Source of the DNA: an uncultured virus (IMG/VR IMGVR_UViG_3300032309_003726)
Taxonomy: Duplodnaviria; Heunggongvirae; Uroviricota; Caudoviricetes
Reading direction: 5' to 3' (one strand)
Virus record (IMG/VR): IMGVR_UViG_3300032309_003726
DNA: 64,000 nucleotides
Below the pieces are notes generated by a model. The model saw only the letters and a list, made by a program, of their open reading frames with translations, was not told where the DNA came from and ran no database searches. Numbering within the stretch: position 1 is the first letter of the stretch; every line of letters starts with the position of its first letter. Positions 27,375-36,528 of this stretch are shown here, in pieces. The position numbers and the translations under genes were made by a program.

Positions 27375-28475
27375 ATGCTTAAAAATCAAGGTCAAAACCC
27401 CAACTTTAAAAATAAAAAACACATAATTTATAGTTTTTGTGAAATGCCGTTTAGACACGTAAAAATAAACGTCACGGGTGATGTGACAATGTGTTGTTAT
27501 CAAGAAAAATTTCTAGGTAATGTTTTCAAAGACAATATCATAGAAATATGGAATAATAGTATTTCAAAAGAAATAAGAAAAAAAACTTTAAACGGAGAGT
27601 TGCATAGTAATTGTCAAGAATGGGGAGGGTGTCCTTATATAAACAAAAACTTAAAAGAAAATAATCAAAAAGTATTTTTTTTAGAAGATTGTCCAGTGTC
27701 TTTGGAGATAGATTTGCCACCAACACATTGCAACATAGGTGGAGAAAATCCAAATGATAAAAATCAAGCTTGCATAATGTGTCCCAGAAATTTTGATGTT
27801 TTTCGAAAAAGCGAAAATTTCAAATTAAATAATACAAAAAAAATTATAGACTCAATAAAGTGTATTGTTCCAAATCTAATTTTATTCTCCGTTTTGGGTG
27901 TGGCTGAGCCTTTCTACAAGGACTTAATTTTTGAAATTTTTGAAGAAATAGAATTTAAAAAATATCAAAATAATATTAATTTTTGGACTTACAGCAATGG
28001 TTCTATTTTTAACGAATTTTTACAAAAAAAATATCTAGAAATAGTAAAAAAATCATTTATTTATTTTTCAATAGACGCTGCCACAAAAGAAACTTATAAA
28101 AGTATCAGGAGAAGAGATTTTTTTGAAATAATTCAAAAAAATCTAAATTTATACAACAAAATAAAAGGAGAAAACCATCGAAGTATAATGTATAACAACA
28201 TAAATACTTTAAACGTGAAAGAAATGGAAGATATGGTAGTCTTTGCCAAAGATAATAATTTTAATGAAATTCAATTCAATCCCACTCACGACTGCGGATC
28301 ATTAACATCAGAAAAAACGATACAAGAGATAATGGTTACTAAAGATAACGTATCTGTTTTTTTAGAGAACTCTCAAAAAGCAAAAGAAAAAGCAAAAGAA
28401 ATAAATATGCCCATTAAAATGGTGAGGGAATTTGAACAAGTAGCAGGGAACGACTTGATACAATTAACTATATAG
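27375..28475 (+). CDS. SPASM/Twitch-first radical SAM enzyme (paralogue 2)
   Basis: FCEMPF..GDVTMCC..IWNN; HCNIGGENPNDKNQACIMC; GVAEPF; SIDAAT; ATG 27375 preferred. Confidence 0.8.
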   Translation: MLKNQGQNPNFKNKKHIIYSFCEMPFRHVKINVTGDVTMCCYQEKFLGNVFKDNIIEIWNNSISKEIRKKTLNGELHSNCQEWGGCPYINKNLKENNQKVFFLEDCPVSLEIDLPPTHCNIGGENPNDKNQACIMCPRNFDVFRKSENFKLNNTKKIIDSIKCIVPNLILFSVLGVAEPFYKDLIFEIFEEIEFKKYQNNINFWTYSNGSIFNEFLQKKYLEIVKKSFIYFSIDAATKETYKSIRRRDFFEIIQKNLNLYNKIKGENHRSIMYNNINTLNVKEMEDMVVFAKDNNFNEIQFNPTHDCGSLTSEKTIQEIMVTKDNVSVFLENSQKAKEKAKEINMPIKMVREFEQVAGNDLIQLTI

Positions 28476-29529
28476 TCAACTGTATCAGCCGTTCGGTATA
28501 GCCCAAATCTAAAGGACGCAAAAAGTTAACCGGCTGTCCTAGTTTATTGCACTCTTCAATAATATCTTGTTGAGCTTTTGCAAACAAACCACAATTTTTT
28601 TCATTAACTAAAATTTTGTGATTAAATCCATTTGTTGGATTAAATTCAACATGTTCCGCCCTTGCCTTGTGTGCAATTCGACACATCTCAACAACCTCAT
28701 GCACATTCATTATGTTAATATTATTGTGAATTCTTAGAAATTGTTTTTCACGCACACGCTCTTGGTCAAAAGCGTACATGTTTTCCAAAACTTTATCAAA
28801 ACAATCAAATATTCTTATAGCCTTAAAAGTTTCTGGCGTAGCGGCGTCTATTGAAAAATTAGTGATAGAATTTGGGGCACGTCTAAGATACTGCTCACGT
28901 ACATTTTGTTTTAATAAGGTTCCATTTGTAGTAATACTTAAAGTAATTTGTTCTGCGTGGTTATCATATTCTAAAATATCCATAATTTCAAACAACAAAA
29001 AGCCATCTTGTCTTGTTTGATAAAAAGGTTCCGCTATTCCTTGAACGTGTATTTGATAAAGGTTGGGAACGATGTGTTTAATTTTTTCAAGAACTTCAAA
29101 AAGATGATTTTTCTCTGGGCGAAAAACTGGACTTGATCGCTCACACATAACGCAGGCTGGAGAGTGTTCCGGGTGAGGTTTTAATCCGCCAACATTACAG
29201 TGAGTATTTGGAAGATCTATTTCTAAGAAATTAGGATACTCATTGTAAATAAAGTTCTGAATGGGGTATGGTTTTTTAAGCGGCAAATAAGGACAACCTG
29301 GACATTGGCACTTTTTATGCAAATTGCCTTTGAGTGTTTCGTGTCTTATTTCTTCAGCAATTTCTCCAAACCAAACCTCATCAAATGTATTATTCAAAAC
29401 ATTGCCGATGTAAGCATCCTCCTCTGCTTTAAGAGGATCTGGTCTCATAAAGCAACAAAAAGAAGCGTTGCCTTCGGATGTTATTCTTAGTCTATTAAAC
29501 GGAAAAGCACAAAAAGCATCGCCCCACAT
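28468..29529 (-). CDS. SPASM/Twitch-first radical SAM enzyme (paralogue 3)
   Basis: FCAFPF..GNASFCC..VWFG; HCNVGGLKPHPEHSPACVMC; GIAEPF; TTNG; SIDAAT. Confidence 0.8.
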   Translation of the reverse strand: MWGDAFCAFPFNRLRITSEGNASFCCFMRPDPLKAEEDAYIGNVLNNTFDEVWFGEIAEEIRHETLKGNLHKKCQCPGCPYLPLKKPYPIQNFIYNEYPNFLEIDLPNTHCNVGGLKPHPEHSPACVMCERSSPVFRPEKNHLFEVLEKIKHIVPNLYQIHVQGIAEPFYQTRQDGFLLFEIMDILEYDNHAEQITLSITTNGTLLKQNVREQYLRRAPNSITNFSIDAATPETFKAIRIFDCFDKVLENMYAFDQERVREKQFLRIHNNINIMNVHEVVEMCRIAHKARAEHVEFNPTNGFNHKILVNEKNCGLFAKAQQDIIEECNKLGQPVNFLRPLDLGYTERLIQLTI

Positions 29530-29562
29530 AAAAAACCTTTCTGCATTAATTAATAATATGTA

Positions 29563-29919
29563 TTATTTCCACAAGCCATCTTCAATTTTAATTGCATTGT
29601 CTAGATTGGAATTAAATATGTAAGTATAGGCTTTGCTGCCATCTTGTAAAATTATTTCCTCACGACGAAAAAGACCTGTGTTTACGCATTCGTAACGGTC
29701 CAAATCATTAAAAGCCCGCTCTGGAATTTTATACAATTCCCCCTTAACGCCGCCTTTTGTTGTTGAGTCAAAAACCATACCAGGAAAGTTTCCAACATCA
29801 TACAAGTGGTAGTCTTCATTTGTAATCACTTCGCCCAAAAAAGCCGCTGGGGCATTTTTTAACATTCTGTGGGCACTGAATCCTTTTTTTAAAGTGCCAT
29901 AACAAAAAAAATCAGCCAT
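29563..29919 (-). CDS. Gamma-glutamylcyclotransferase (AIG2-like)
   Basis: FCYGTLKKG, FPGM, VKGELY, LDRYE; ATG 29919 after AGGAG. Confidence 0.9.
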   Translation of the reverse strand: MADFFCYGTLKKGFSAHRMLKNAPAAFLGEVITNEDYHLYDVGNFPGMVFDSTTKGGVKGELYKIPERAFNDLDRYECVNTGLFRREEIILQDGSKAYTYIFNSNLDNAIKIEDGLWK

Positions 29920-29980
29920 TGATTTGCTCCTAAAGAGAGTTAACAATCTTAAATAAAATAGTAAATTATTTGAGGTAAAA

Positions 29981-30676
29981 ATGCAAGGAAGCAAAAAAGA
30001 TTCGTATTGTATAATAACCTATTGTGGTAAAAACTACAAAAAATGTCTAGATCTAACTTTACAAACTTGGAAATCGGACAAGATTCTGGTGTTCTCTGAC
30101 ACAAAAGAATTTGGAACACAATTATTTCAAAACGAAACAAGTGATTTTAATGAAAGTTGCCGAAGGAAAATCTTCACAATAAAATATTGCTTGACGAATA
30201 ATATTCACGAAAATATTGTTTACTTAGACTCCGACATTTTGATGACTGATTTTATTGGAGAAATTTTTAGTAACAATTTTGATATTTGCGTTACAAGAAT
30301 GGTACACAGGTCGGATACAGGGGGAGAGAAAGATATAAATGCCGGGGTGTCTTTTTGGAGACCCAACCAAAAAACAATACAATTTTGTGAACAATGGTTG
30401 GAATTAGAAAAACAATTTCAAAAAACAGAGCGGTTTCCAGAGCAGCACGCTTTTTCGCATCTTTGTTACAAACAATATGACTCACTGTGTGAAGTTCGAG
30501 TAACAAATATCTCCGAAAGAATTTATAATTTTGAACACGACGAAGAAAATAAATTTTTTGAATGGCTAACAGTCTATAAGCCAAAAATAATTCATCTAAA
30601 AGCAAGAAGATGGGAGAAAAAAGAAATAATGAAAAAATTAGAAAAAATGTTAAATTTAAACTTTGAGATACCTTAA
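29981..30676 (+). CDS. Nucleotide-diphospho-sugar transferase (GT-A)
   Basis: VYLDSD, INAGVSFW, PEQ, YN, IIHLK. Confidence 0.7.
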   Translation: MQGSKKDSYCIITYCGKNYKKCLDLTLQTWKSDKILVFSDTKEFGTQLFQNETSDFNESCRRKIFTIKYCLTNNIHENIVYLDSDILMTDFIGEIFSNNFDICVTRMVHRSDTGGEKDINAGVSFWRPNQKTIQFCEQWLELEKQFQKTERFPEQHAFSHLCYKQYDSLCEVRVTNISERIYNFEHDEENKFFEWLTVYKPKIIHLKARRWEKKEIMKKLEKMLNLNFEIP

Positions 30677-31396
30677 AAGTTTATCACAATCGCTTAAAGA
30701 TTTATATTTTTTTTGTTCTGGGGTCATGTTTTCGATGCTTATTACTAATAATTTTTTATCAATATCTTTTTCTTCAATTAAATATTGCCTTAAAATAAAG
30801 AGACAGAAATTATTTTTTGGAAAACCAACGGTAACTTGTCTTTCTACCTTTATATTTACCTCGGGGTTGTGTTCATCGAATTTTTTGTGAATCGAATCTG
30901 GGTGGAAATTGTATTTTTTTTCATACACAACGCTCCAAACAAATCGCTCAAAAATTCCACCATTCACCATAGCGTAAACCAACTTATCACTATTTTTTAA
31001 GTTCATCGGTACCGGTTGGTGAATTTCATTAAAACTTTTTCCTACCTTGTCTTCTGGATACCAATGACTAGGAAAACAAACATGAACACTACTCAGGTGG
31101 TCTTTTTCACCATCAATTCTATGAATTAAAAAATCTTCGTCTGTCTCTTTTATCAAATCAATATATTTGGTGTTTTTGAATTTTATTGGATAATTATCCA
31201 ATAAAAACTTTTCACAAATATCATTAAATTCTTGTGGGTGGTTGTATTCAAAAAAACATTTTTGATTTTTTAAAGCACACGCTTTCTCCTGTTGAATAGC
31301 GGGGGAATCTGCTCTATTTTTTTCAAACACATCATCCAAATTTATTTTTTTTAAATCTGGAAGGGTGGTATACCCTTTTTTGTAAACATGAAACAT
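30656..31396 (-). CDS. Heme-dependent oxidative N-demethylase alpha-subunit-like (DUF3445)
   Basis: EDFLI, VCFPSHW, KVGKSFNEIHQPVP, ERFVW, KVERQ. Confidence 0.75.
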   Translation of the reverse strand: MFHVYKKGYTTLPDLKKINLDDVFEKNRADSPAIQQEKACALKNQKCFFEYNHPQEFNDICEKFLLDNYPIKFKNTKYIDLIKETDEDFLIHRIDGEKDHLSSVHVCFPSHWYPEDKVGKSFNEIHQPVPMNLKNSDKLVYAMVNGGIFERFVWSVVYEKKYNFHPDSIHKKFDEHNPEVNIKVERQVTVGFPKNNFCLFILRQYLIEEKDIDKKLLVISIENMTPEQKKYKSLSDCDKLLRYLKV

Positions 31397-31409
31397 AGCA
31401 ACTTTGCAA

Positions 31410-32726
31410 CTAAGCGGCTTCGTTTTTGCTCATCAACTCAGGCTTCTTTTTATTCAAAACAACATCAACATCGACCAGATAGGACTTTCCAGAACAGTCG
31501 TCTGAAAGATCAAAGTAAAGGTCTGTCATGAACTCGCCAAGAACACTTCTTAAAGCACGTGCTCCAATTTCTTTTTCAATAGCGATCTCCGCAATTTTTG
31601 TGACGGCTTCATCGGTGAATTGGAGATCAACGCCCTTGTAAGACATCTTCTTCCGCTCCTGTTTCAGCAGGGCGTTTTTGGGTTCTTTTAAAACACGAAC
31701 CAAATCACCTACAGAGAGTTCTTCCAAAGAACTAATCACAGGAAGCCTGCCGATTAACTCTGGTATCATGCCAAATTCAATAAAATCATCTTGGCGAACT
31801 TGCTTCATCACATCGTTGTATTCTTTTCTTTCGTCAACAACCTGATTTTCAACATTAAAACCAATAGCAGTTTTTCTTAAGCGACGACGAATAATGTCTT
31901 CTAAACCAACAAAAGCGCCACCAACAATAAACAAGATGTGCGTTGTGTCAATTTGAATGTAATTCTGCTCTGGGTGTTTACGGCCTCCTTGAGGCGGAAC
32001 GTTACAAACTGTTCCTTCTATCATTTTAAGAAGACTTTGTTGAACGCCTTGTCCACTAACATCTCTTGTGATAGAAACATTTCCGCCAGTGGATCGAATT
32101 TTATCAATTTCATCAATGTAAATAATGCCTCTTTGTGCTTCCTCAACGTTGTAGTCTGCTGCGACTAAAAGTTTTAAAAGCAAATTCTCAACATCTTCTC
32201 CAACATAACCAGCCTCAGTAAGCGTTGTAGCGTCACCGATTGCAAAAGGAACATTAAGTTTTTCAGCTAAACTTTTTGCCAATAAAGTTTTGCCGCTGCC
32301 CGTTGGTCCAACAAGAAGAATGTTGTTTTTTTCAATCTCAACATCCTTAAGATCGGGGTCTTCTATAGAACACTCACCTGAGTTTTTTAAGGATTTTAAT
32401 TCGTAACTATCTATCAATCTTTGATAGTGATTACTGACTTCTACCGATAGTTTCTTTTTGGCAACATCTTGGCCAATTACATATCGATTAAGGTGCTGGT
32501 ATAGTTTAACAGGACTTGGAACATTTAATTTCTTCAAGTCCTCTGATCGCATACTTGAAATTTTTTCAGCGAGTGCTTCCTCGCAACTTTTAATACAACT
32601 ATAACAAATGTAAACAGGGTGTTCGTCACCAAGACCATTTCCTTGAACCAAAGGACCGGTCATTTTTTTAGTTTGTCCGCAAAAACAGCACGCACTCATT
32701 TTATTTTCCTTGAAAGTTTCGCTCAT
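31410..32726 (-). CDS. clpX: ATP-dependent Clp protease ATP-binding subunit ClpX
   Basis: CCFCG..ICYSC Zn finger, VIGQ, GPTGSGKT, TEAGYVGEDVE, IYIDEIDK, RKHP, IGF loop, GARALR. Confidence 0.95.
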   Translation of the reverse strand: MSETFKENKMSACCFCGQTKKMTGPLVQGNGLGDEHPVYICYSCIKSCEEALAEKISSMRSEDLKKLNVPSPVKLYQHLNRYVIGQDVAKKKLSVEVSNHYQRLIDSYELKSLKNSGECSIEDPDLKDVEIEKNNILLVGPTGSGKTLLAKSLAEKLNVPFAIGDATTLTEAGYVGEDVENLLLKLLVAADYNVEEAQRGIIYIDEIDKIRSTGGNVSITRDVSGQGVQQSLLKMIEGTVCNVPPQGGRKHPEQNYIQIDTTHILFIVGGAFVGLEDIIRRRLRKTAIGFNVENQVVDERKEYNDVMKQVRQDDFIEFGMIPELIGRLPVISSLEELSVGDLVRVLKEPKNALLKQERKKMSYKGVDLQFTDEAVTKIAEIAIEKEIGARALRSVLGEFMTDLYFDLSDDCSGKSYLVDVDVVLNKKKPELMSKNEAA

Positions 32727-32783
32727 TGGATACCTTTATTTTACGGAAAAAAAGAGCGACGTAAAGGTTGGCCGAAACAATAA

Positions 32784-33806
32784 TTATTTTTGATCCAAAA
32801 GAACTCGATTTTTAGACAAATATTCTTTCCAACGATTTTTAAAGTAGGAATGATTGTGATCAAAAGTTGCTTGCAGATCCAACTCGCCTTCTTTTTCAAC
32901 TTGTTTTACAGTTTTGTTTTGATAGTGGTGAACAAGTGGAGCGTAAAGTGAATAAATCTTTTTCCCACCTTCTTTCAGTCTCAAAGAAAAATCAGAGTCT
33001 TCGCAATAAGCGAATTTGAGATGTTCATCGAACAAACCAAATTGATCGTAGGTCTCACGTGGTATGCAAAAGCACCAACCTGGGATATAGTCAACACGTT
33101 CTCCATTCGCCCCGCCAAATCCACGACCATCAGCATTAAGGTGTCCTCCCCAATAACCAACTTGAGCATATTCCGGGTTGTTTTTTAAAAATGCTATCAT
33201 GGTGTTGTCCCAATTTTCAAAAACTTTGGTATCCGAGTTTAGCAGAACGACGTAGGGACTTTCTCCGAGAGCGATCATCTCATTATTTGGAACCACAAAT
33301 CCAACATTTTTCTCTCGTCTTATGGTTGTTAATTTATAATGTTTATCTTTGTTTGGATCATATTTTAACAATAAATTTTGTATATAGTCTTGCGTCTCTT
33401 TGCCAGATGCATTATCCCAAATAAACAAATGATAGTTTTTTGTATATTTTTGTATAGAATCAACACAATCTTTGATATAGTCAAGTTGATCACGAACAAC
33501 AATTAATATGTCTTTCCAATCGTCTGTGGTCTCGTCTCCCAATTTTAATTCTTTTTTTACTTGTTCAAAATGATCCTCGAAATTTTTATAAGTACCATTT
33601 AATTTTTGATCATTCCTATAGCGGTGCCACATCTCAGCGTTGCACTCTTCGCTACAAACGTGAACTTGAAAAAGAACATCTATCCATTTGGTAAAAGAAG
33701 AACACCAACGACACTGTCCTAGTTTTGGGCTTTTGGTCACATAAGAGTATTCAAATTCAAATCTCTCGTTTGATAAAGCCGTGGGGTACTTTTGTTCGAA
33801 TTTCAT
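32784..33806 (-). CDS. GT2 glycosyltransferase with N-terminal Zn finger
   Basis: CRWC...VCSEEC; WDNAS, NVGF, LLNSD, GLFDE, EDSD. Confidence 0.8.
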   Translation of the reverse strand: MKFEQKYPTALSNERFEFEYSYVTKSPKLGQCRWCSSFTKWIDVLFQVHVCSEECNAEMWHRYRNDQKLNGTYKNFEDHFEQVKKELKLGDETTDDWKDILIVVRDQLDYIKDCVDSIQKYTKNYHLFIWDNASGKETQDYIQNLLLKYDPNKDKHYKLTTIRREKNVGFVVPNNEMIALGESPYVVLLNSDTKVFENWDNTMIAFLKNNPEYAQVGYWGGHLNADGRGFGGANGERVDYIPGWCFCIPRETYDQFGLFDEHLKFAYCEDSDFSLRLKEGGKKIYSLYAPLVHHYQNKTVKQVEKEGELDLQATFDHNHSYFKNRWKEYLSKNRVLLDQK

Positions 33807-34621
33807 ATGGTGTAAGTAAAAGCAACTTCTCCTAAACTTTTAATTTTAACAATATCGTTCATTTGTATCAAATCAAAAGTTTCCTCAATCAAATTTTGCT
33901 TTTTTAATAGATCTTCTTTTGTATAAACTTTTTTACCCCATCTAATATCCAAAGTTAATTTATGGTGATCTAAATCATAGGTGTTAACACCGTGATAAAC
34001 ATAAACATACTCATTGCCATCCAAGACTGGGGCTATAGACCCTTTTAACATCAACTTCTCAAGAACATTCAAATCTTCCTCGCAACAACTTTGAGCCCCA
34101 CGCTCAGGATAAAAATTTTCCCACATGTGAAAAAGAGACTTATAAAACATCACCGAGCCACACAAGAATCTGTGGGAGTATTCTGATTCATTGAGCCAAT
34201 CGCACCAATATACTTCTTTTGAATTAGCGAAATACTTTAAAAAATTTGAATACAAAGAAGCAACATTTCTATTATCGCTCTTTAAGCACTTATATTGATT
34301 GGTCAATCTGTTGGGGTGGTACAGATCGTCATCGTCCCATTGACAAATTATTTCGCCGGTGGCCAATTCAATAGATGTGTTTCTCATGGCCCCTAATGTC
34401 AACATAGTTGGAGCAGCAAGAAAAAGAATATCGTCTCTTGATAAATCTTTTATATATTTTTCTATTTTTTTATTAGTATCATCATTGCTTTGACTCAATA
34501 TAATTAAATTTTTATTTTGATAATTTTGATTTACATAACAAAAAATTGATTTTTTTAATAATTCAAAACGATCTTTGGTCACACAAACACAAGAAATTAG
34601 TGGTAATTTTCCCGAAATCAT
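33803..34621 (-). CDS. GT2 glycosyltransferase
   Basis: PLISCVCVT, QNY, LGAMRN, QWDDDD, EED. Confidence 0.85.
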   Translation of the reverse strand: MISGKLPLISCVCVTKDRFELLKKSIFCYVNQNYQNKNLIILSQSNDDTNKKIEKYIKDLSRDDILFLAAPTMLTLGAMRNTSIELATGEIICQWDDDDLYHPNRLTNQYKCLKSDNRNVASLYSNFLKYFANSKEVYWCDWLNESEYSHRFLCGSVMFYKSLFHMWENFYPERGAQSCCEEDLNVLEKLMLKGSIAPVLDGNEYVYVYHGVNTYDLDHHKLTLDIRWGKKVYTKEDLLKKQNLIEETFDLIQMNDIVKIKSLGEVAFTYTI

Positions 34622-34623
34622 TT

Positions 34624-35448
34624 TTAAACCTCATGAGTGAATGCCAAGCCCTCTCGGCCCATAACTTTTATTGTTCCTTCAAGTTCCAAATAATTTATTG
34701 TGTCGCATATTCTTTGCCTGTTTTTATTGATGTAACTCACAGGCAAAGATCTATTTTTTGATATTTTTAAATGATGTTCTTCATCCCAAACATTATTCCC
34801 GTGAAATGTGTACATTTGCATATATCCATAGTTGGACATTAAAACAACTTGATCATTATCAATATCATTCTCGCAGAGAGTTGTGGTTAAAACAGAGTCT
34901 TCACCAGCAGAGCAGTAACTCCCAGCAGACGGGTATTTATTATGAAAATGTCTCCGATAAGCCATAATAGTTCCTGGTATTAAACTACATTTTTTAATAC
35001 CATTAGAACAATATTGTGCCCAATCTTCCCAAAATAAATAACCTGAGTTGAAATAATAATGAAGTTGATCAGATAAGAAGCACACACGTGCCTTTGGATG
35101 TCTGGACAAGTAACTGTACTGAACTGCTAATCTTTCTGGAGCATTAAAATCATCATCGTCCCATTGAACAAAAACATCTCCATAACAAAGAGACATAGAA
35201 ATGTTTCTTAAGGCACCCAAGGAATACCATCCATTTAAAAAAACAAAATGAACATCATCCCTCCCTGAGAGATAATCTTTAATTTTTTTTTGATAATCTC
35301 TTGGAGCTTCAGTTACTATAACTAATTCACGGTTTGGGTAAGTTTGATCAACATAACATTGCACACTTTTTTTAAAATAATCAAAACGATTATTGGCTGT
35401 GACCATCAAGCAACTAATTTTTGGAAGTGATTCTTGAGCATTAATCAT
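34624..35448 (-). CDS. GT2 glycosyltransferase (tandem paralogue of 33803)
   Basis: PKISCLMVT, QTYP, LGALRN, QWDDDD, GED. Confidence 0.85.
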   Translation of the reverse strand: MINAQESLPKISCLMVTANNRFDYFKKSVQCYVDQTYPNRELVIVTEAPRDYQKKIKDYLSGRDDVHFVFLNGWYSLGALRNISMSLCYGDVFVQWDDDDFNAPERLAVQYSYLSRHPKARVCFLSDQLHYYFNSGYLFWEDWAQYCSNGIKKCSLIPGTIMAYRRHFHNKYPSAGSYCSAGEDSVLTTTLCENDIDNDQVVLMSNYGYMQMYTFHGNNVWDEEHHLKISKNRSLPVSYINKNRQRICDTINYLELEGTIKVMGREGLAFTHEV

Positions 35449-35478
35449 AAACTATTTTAGTAACTAAGGTACAAAAAG

Positions 35479-35507
35479 AAAAAAGCCCAACACAAGGTTG
35501 GGCTTTT
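35479..35507 (-). terminator. Intrinsic terminator
   Basis: AAAAGCCCAAC-N5-GTTGGGCTTTTTT downstream of the 35538 gene. Confidence 0.75.
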
Positions 35508-35537
35508 CCCTTAAATAATTGTGTTTTCGAACAATTA

Positions 35538-36134
35538 TCAAGCGTCGTATCCGGCACCTTCAACAAGGTGGTAGCGACGATCTTCTTCGTTACGCTCAAC
35601 CTTCTTGGCGTTGCGTAAAGCGAACAGAGCGTTGTGGATTTGAGGCCCGATTTCGCTCTCAGTGCTCCACTTGCCTTCGTTCTCGATGATCTCCTTGATC
35701 TCGCTAACCTTTAGACCCTTGCCGTTCTCGGGATAGCCCGAAATCACCTTCTTGATGCTAGCCGCAGGACGGCCAAGCAAATCAAAAGTATACCGCTTCA
35801 GGCTGATCTTGCTTTCCCCGTTGGCGGCAGCACGCACACGGGTTTTGGTCTTGGCACCAATCTTGCGAGACTTTCTACGACCATTCTTGACCACAGTAGC
35901 CTTGGCCTTTGCCGGGCGACCTTTTCGCCGCTTTGCAGGAGCCATGGTGGCAAAATTAATACCTTCTCCAACATTATCGCAAGTTTCCGATGCAACCTCG
36001 GCCAACTTCCTCAAGGCAACCTGAGCTTCCTTGAGAGAACGCTGATACTCTTGAAACTTTTCACGAGCCTCTTGCTGAATCTGCTCAATTTGCTGAAACC
36101 GAACACCAAAACCACCCTTAGTCATCGTCTTCAT
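35538..36134 (-). CDS. Basic putative DNA-binding / nucleoid-associated protein
   Basis: N-terminal coiled coil, KRRKGRPAK AT-hook-like linker, C-terminal winged-helix-like segment. Confidence 0.6.
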   Translation of the reverse strand: MKTMTKGGFGVRFQQIEQIQQEAREKFQEYQRSLKEAQVALRKLAEVASETCDNVGEGINFATMAPAKRRKGRPAKAKATVVKNGRRKSRKIGAKTKTRVRAAANGESKISLKRYTFDLLGRPAASIKKVISGYPENGKGLKVSEIKEIIENEGKWSTESEIGPQIHNALFALRNAKKVERNEEDRRYHLVEGAGYDA

Positions 36135-36218
36135 TGATCAACCTTTAACAAAGTAGCCAAATTTTTTTAAATGCCTGGAAAAACTGGCCACATTTGTTTT
36201 TTCCGGCATCACACTAAC

Positions 36219-36246
36219 AGTATACGTTCGAAAAACACAACGACAA
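36219..36246 (-). promoter_or_regulatory. Sigma70-like promoter
   Basis: TTGTCG-N16-TATACT. Confidence 0.5.
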
Positions 36247-36321
36247 GACCTGCATTAAAAAAATTTAAATTTTATTGGATAACTACTCTATTATTAGGAC
36301 ACTAGAGAAGGGAGGCCCAAA

Positions 36322-36528
36322 TTGCTAGTCCTATCCAGAAAAAGGGATGAAAAAATCCTTTTAAAATTGAACGAAAAAGAACAAGTCGAACTGACAGTGG
36401 TTAGAATTGATTCAAACAAAGTCAGGTTGGGCATTCAAGCCTCAGACTCTGTTACCATTCTAAGAAGTGAGTTAGTTGACAAAAACACCTCAAATCTTAA
36501 CACTCTGAGTGATTTGACAACGAATTAA
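36322..36528 (+). CDS. csrA: Second CsrA/RsmA paralogue
   Basis: TTG start after GGAGG; MLVLSRK...KVRLGIQA...ILRSEL. Confidence 0.85.
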   Translation: MLVLSRKRDEKILLKLNEKEQVELTVVRIDSNKVRLGIQASDSVTILRSELVDKNTSNLNTLSDLTTN

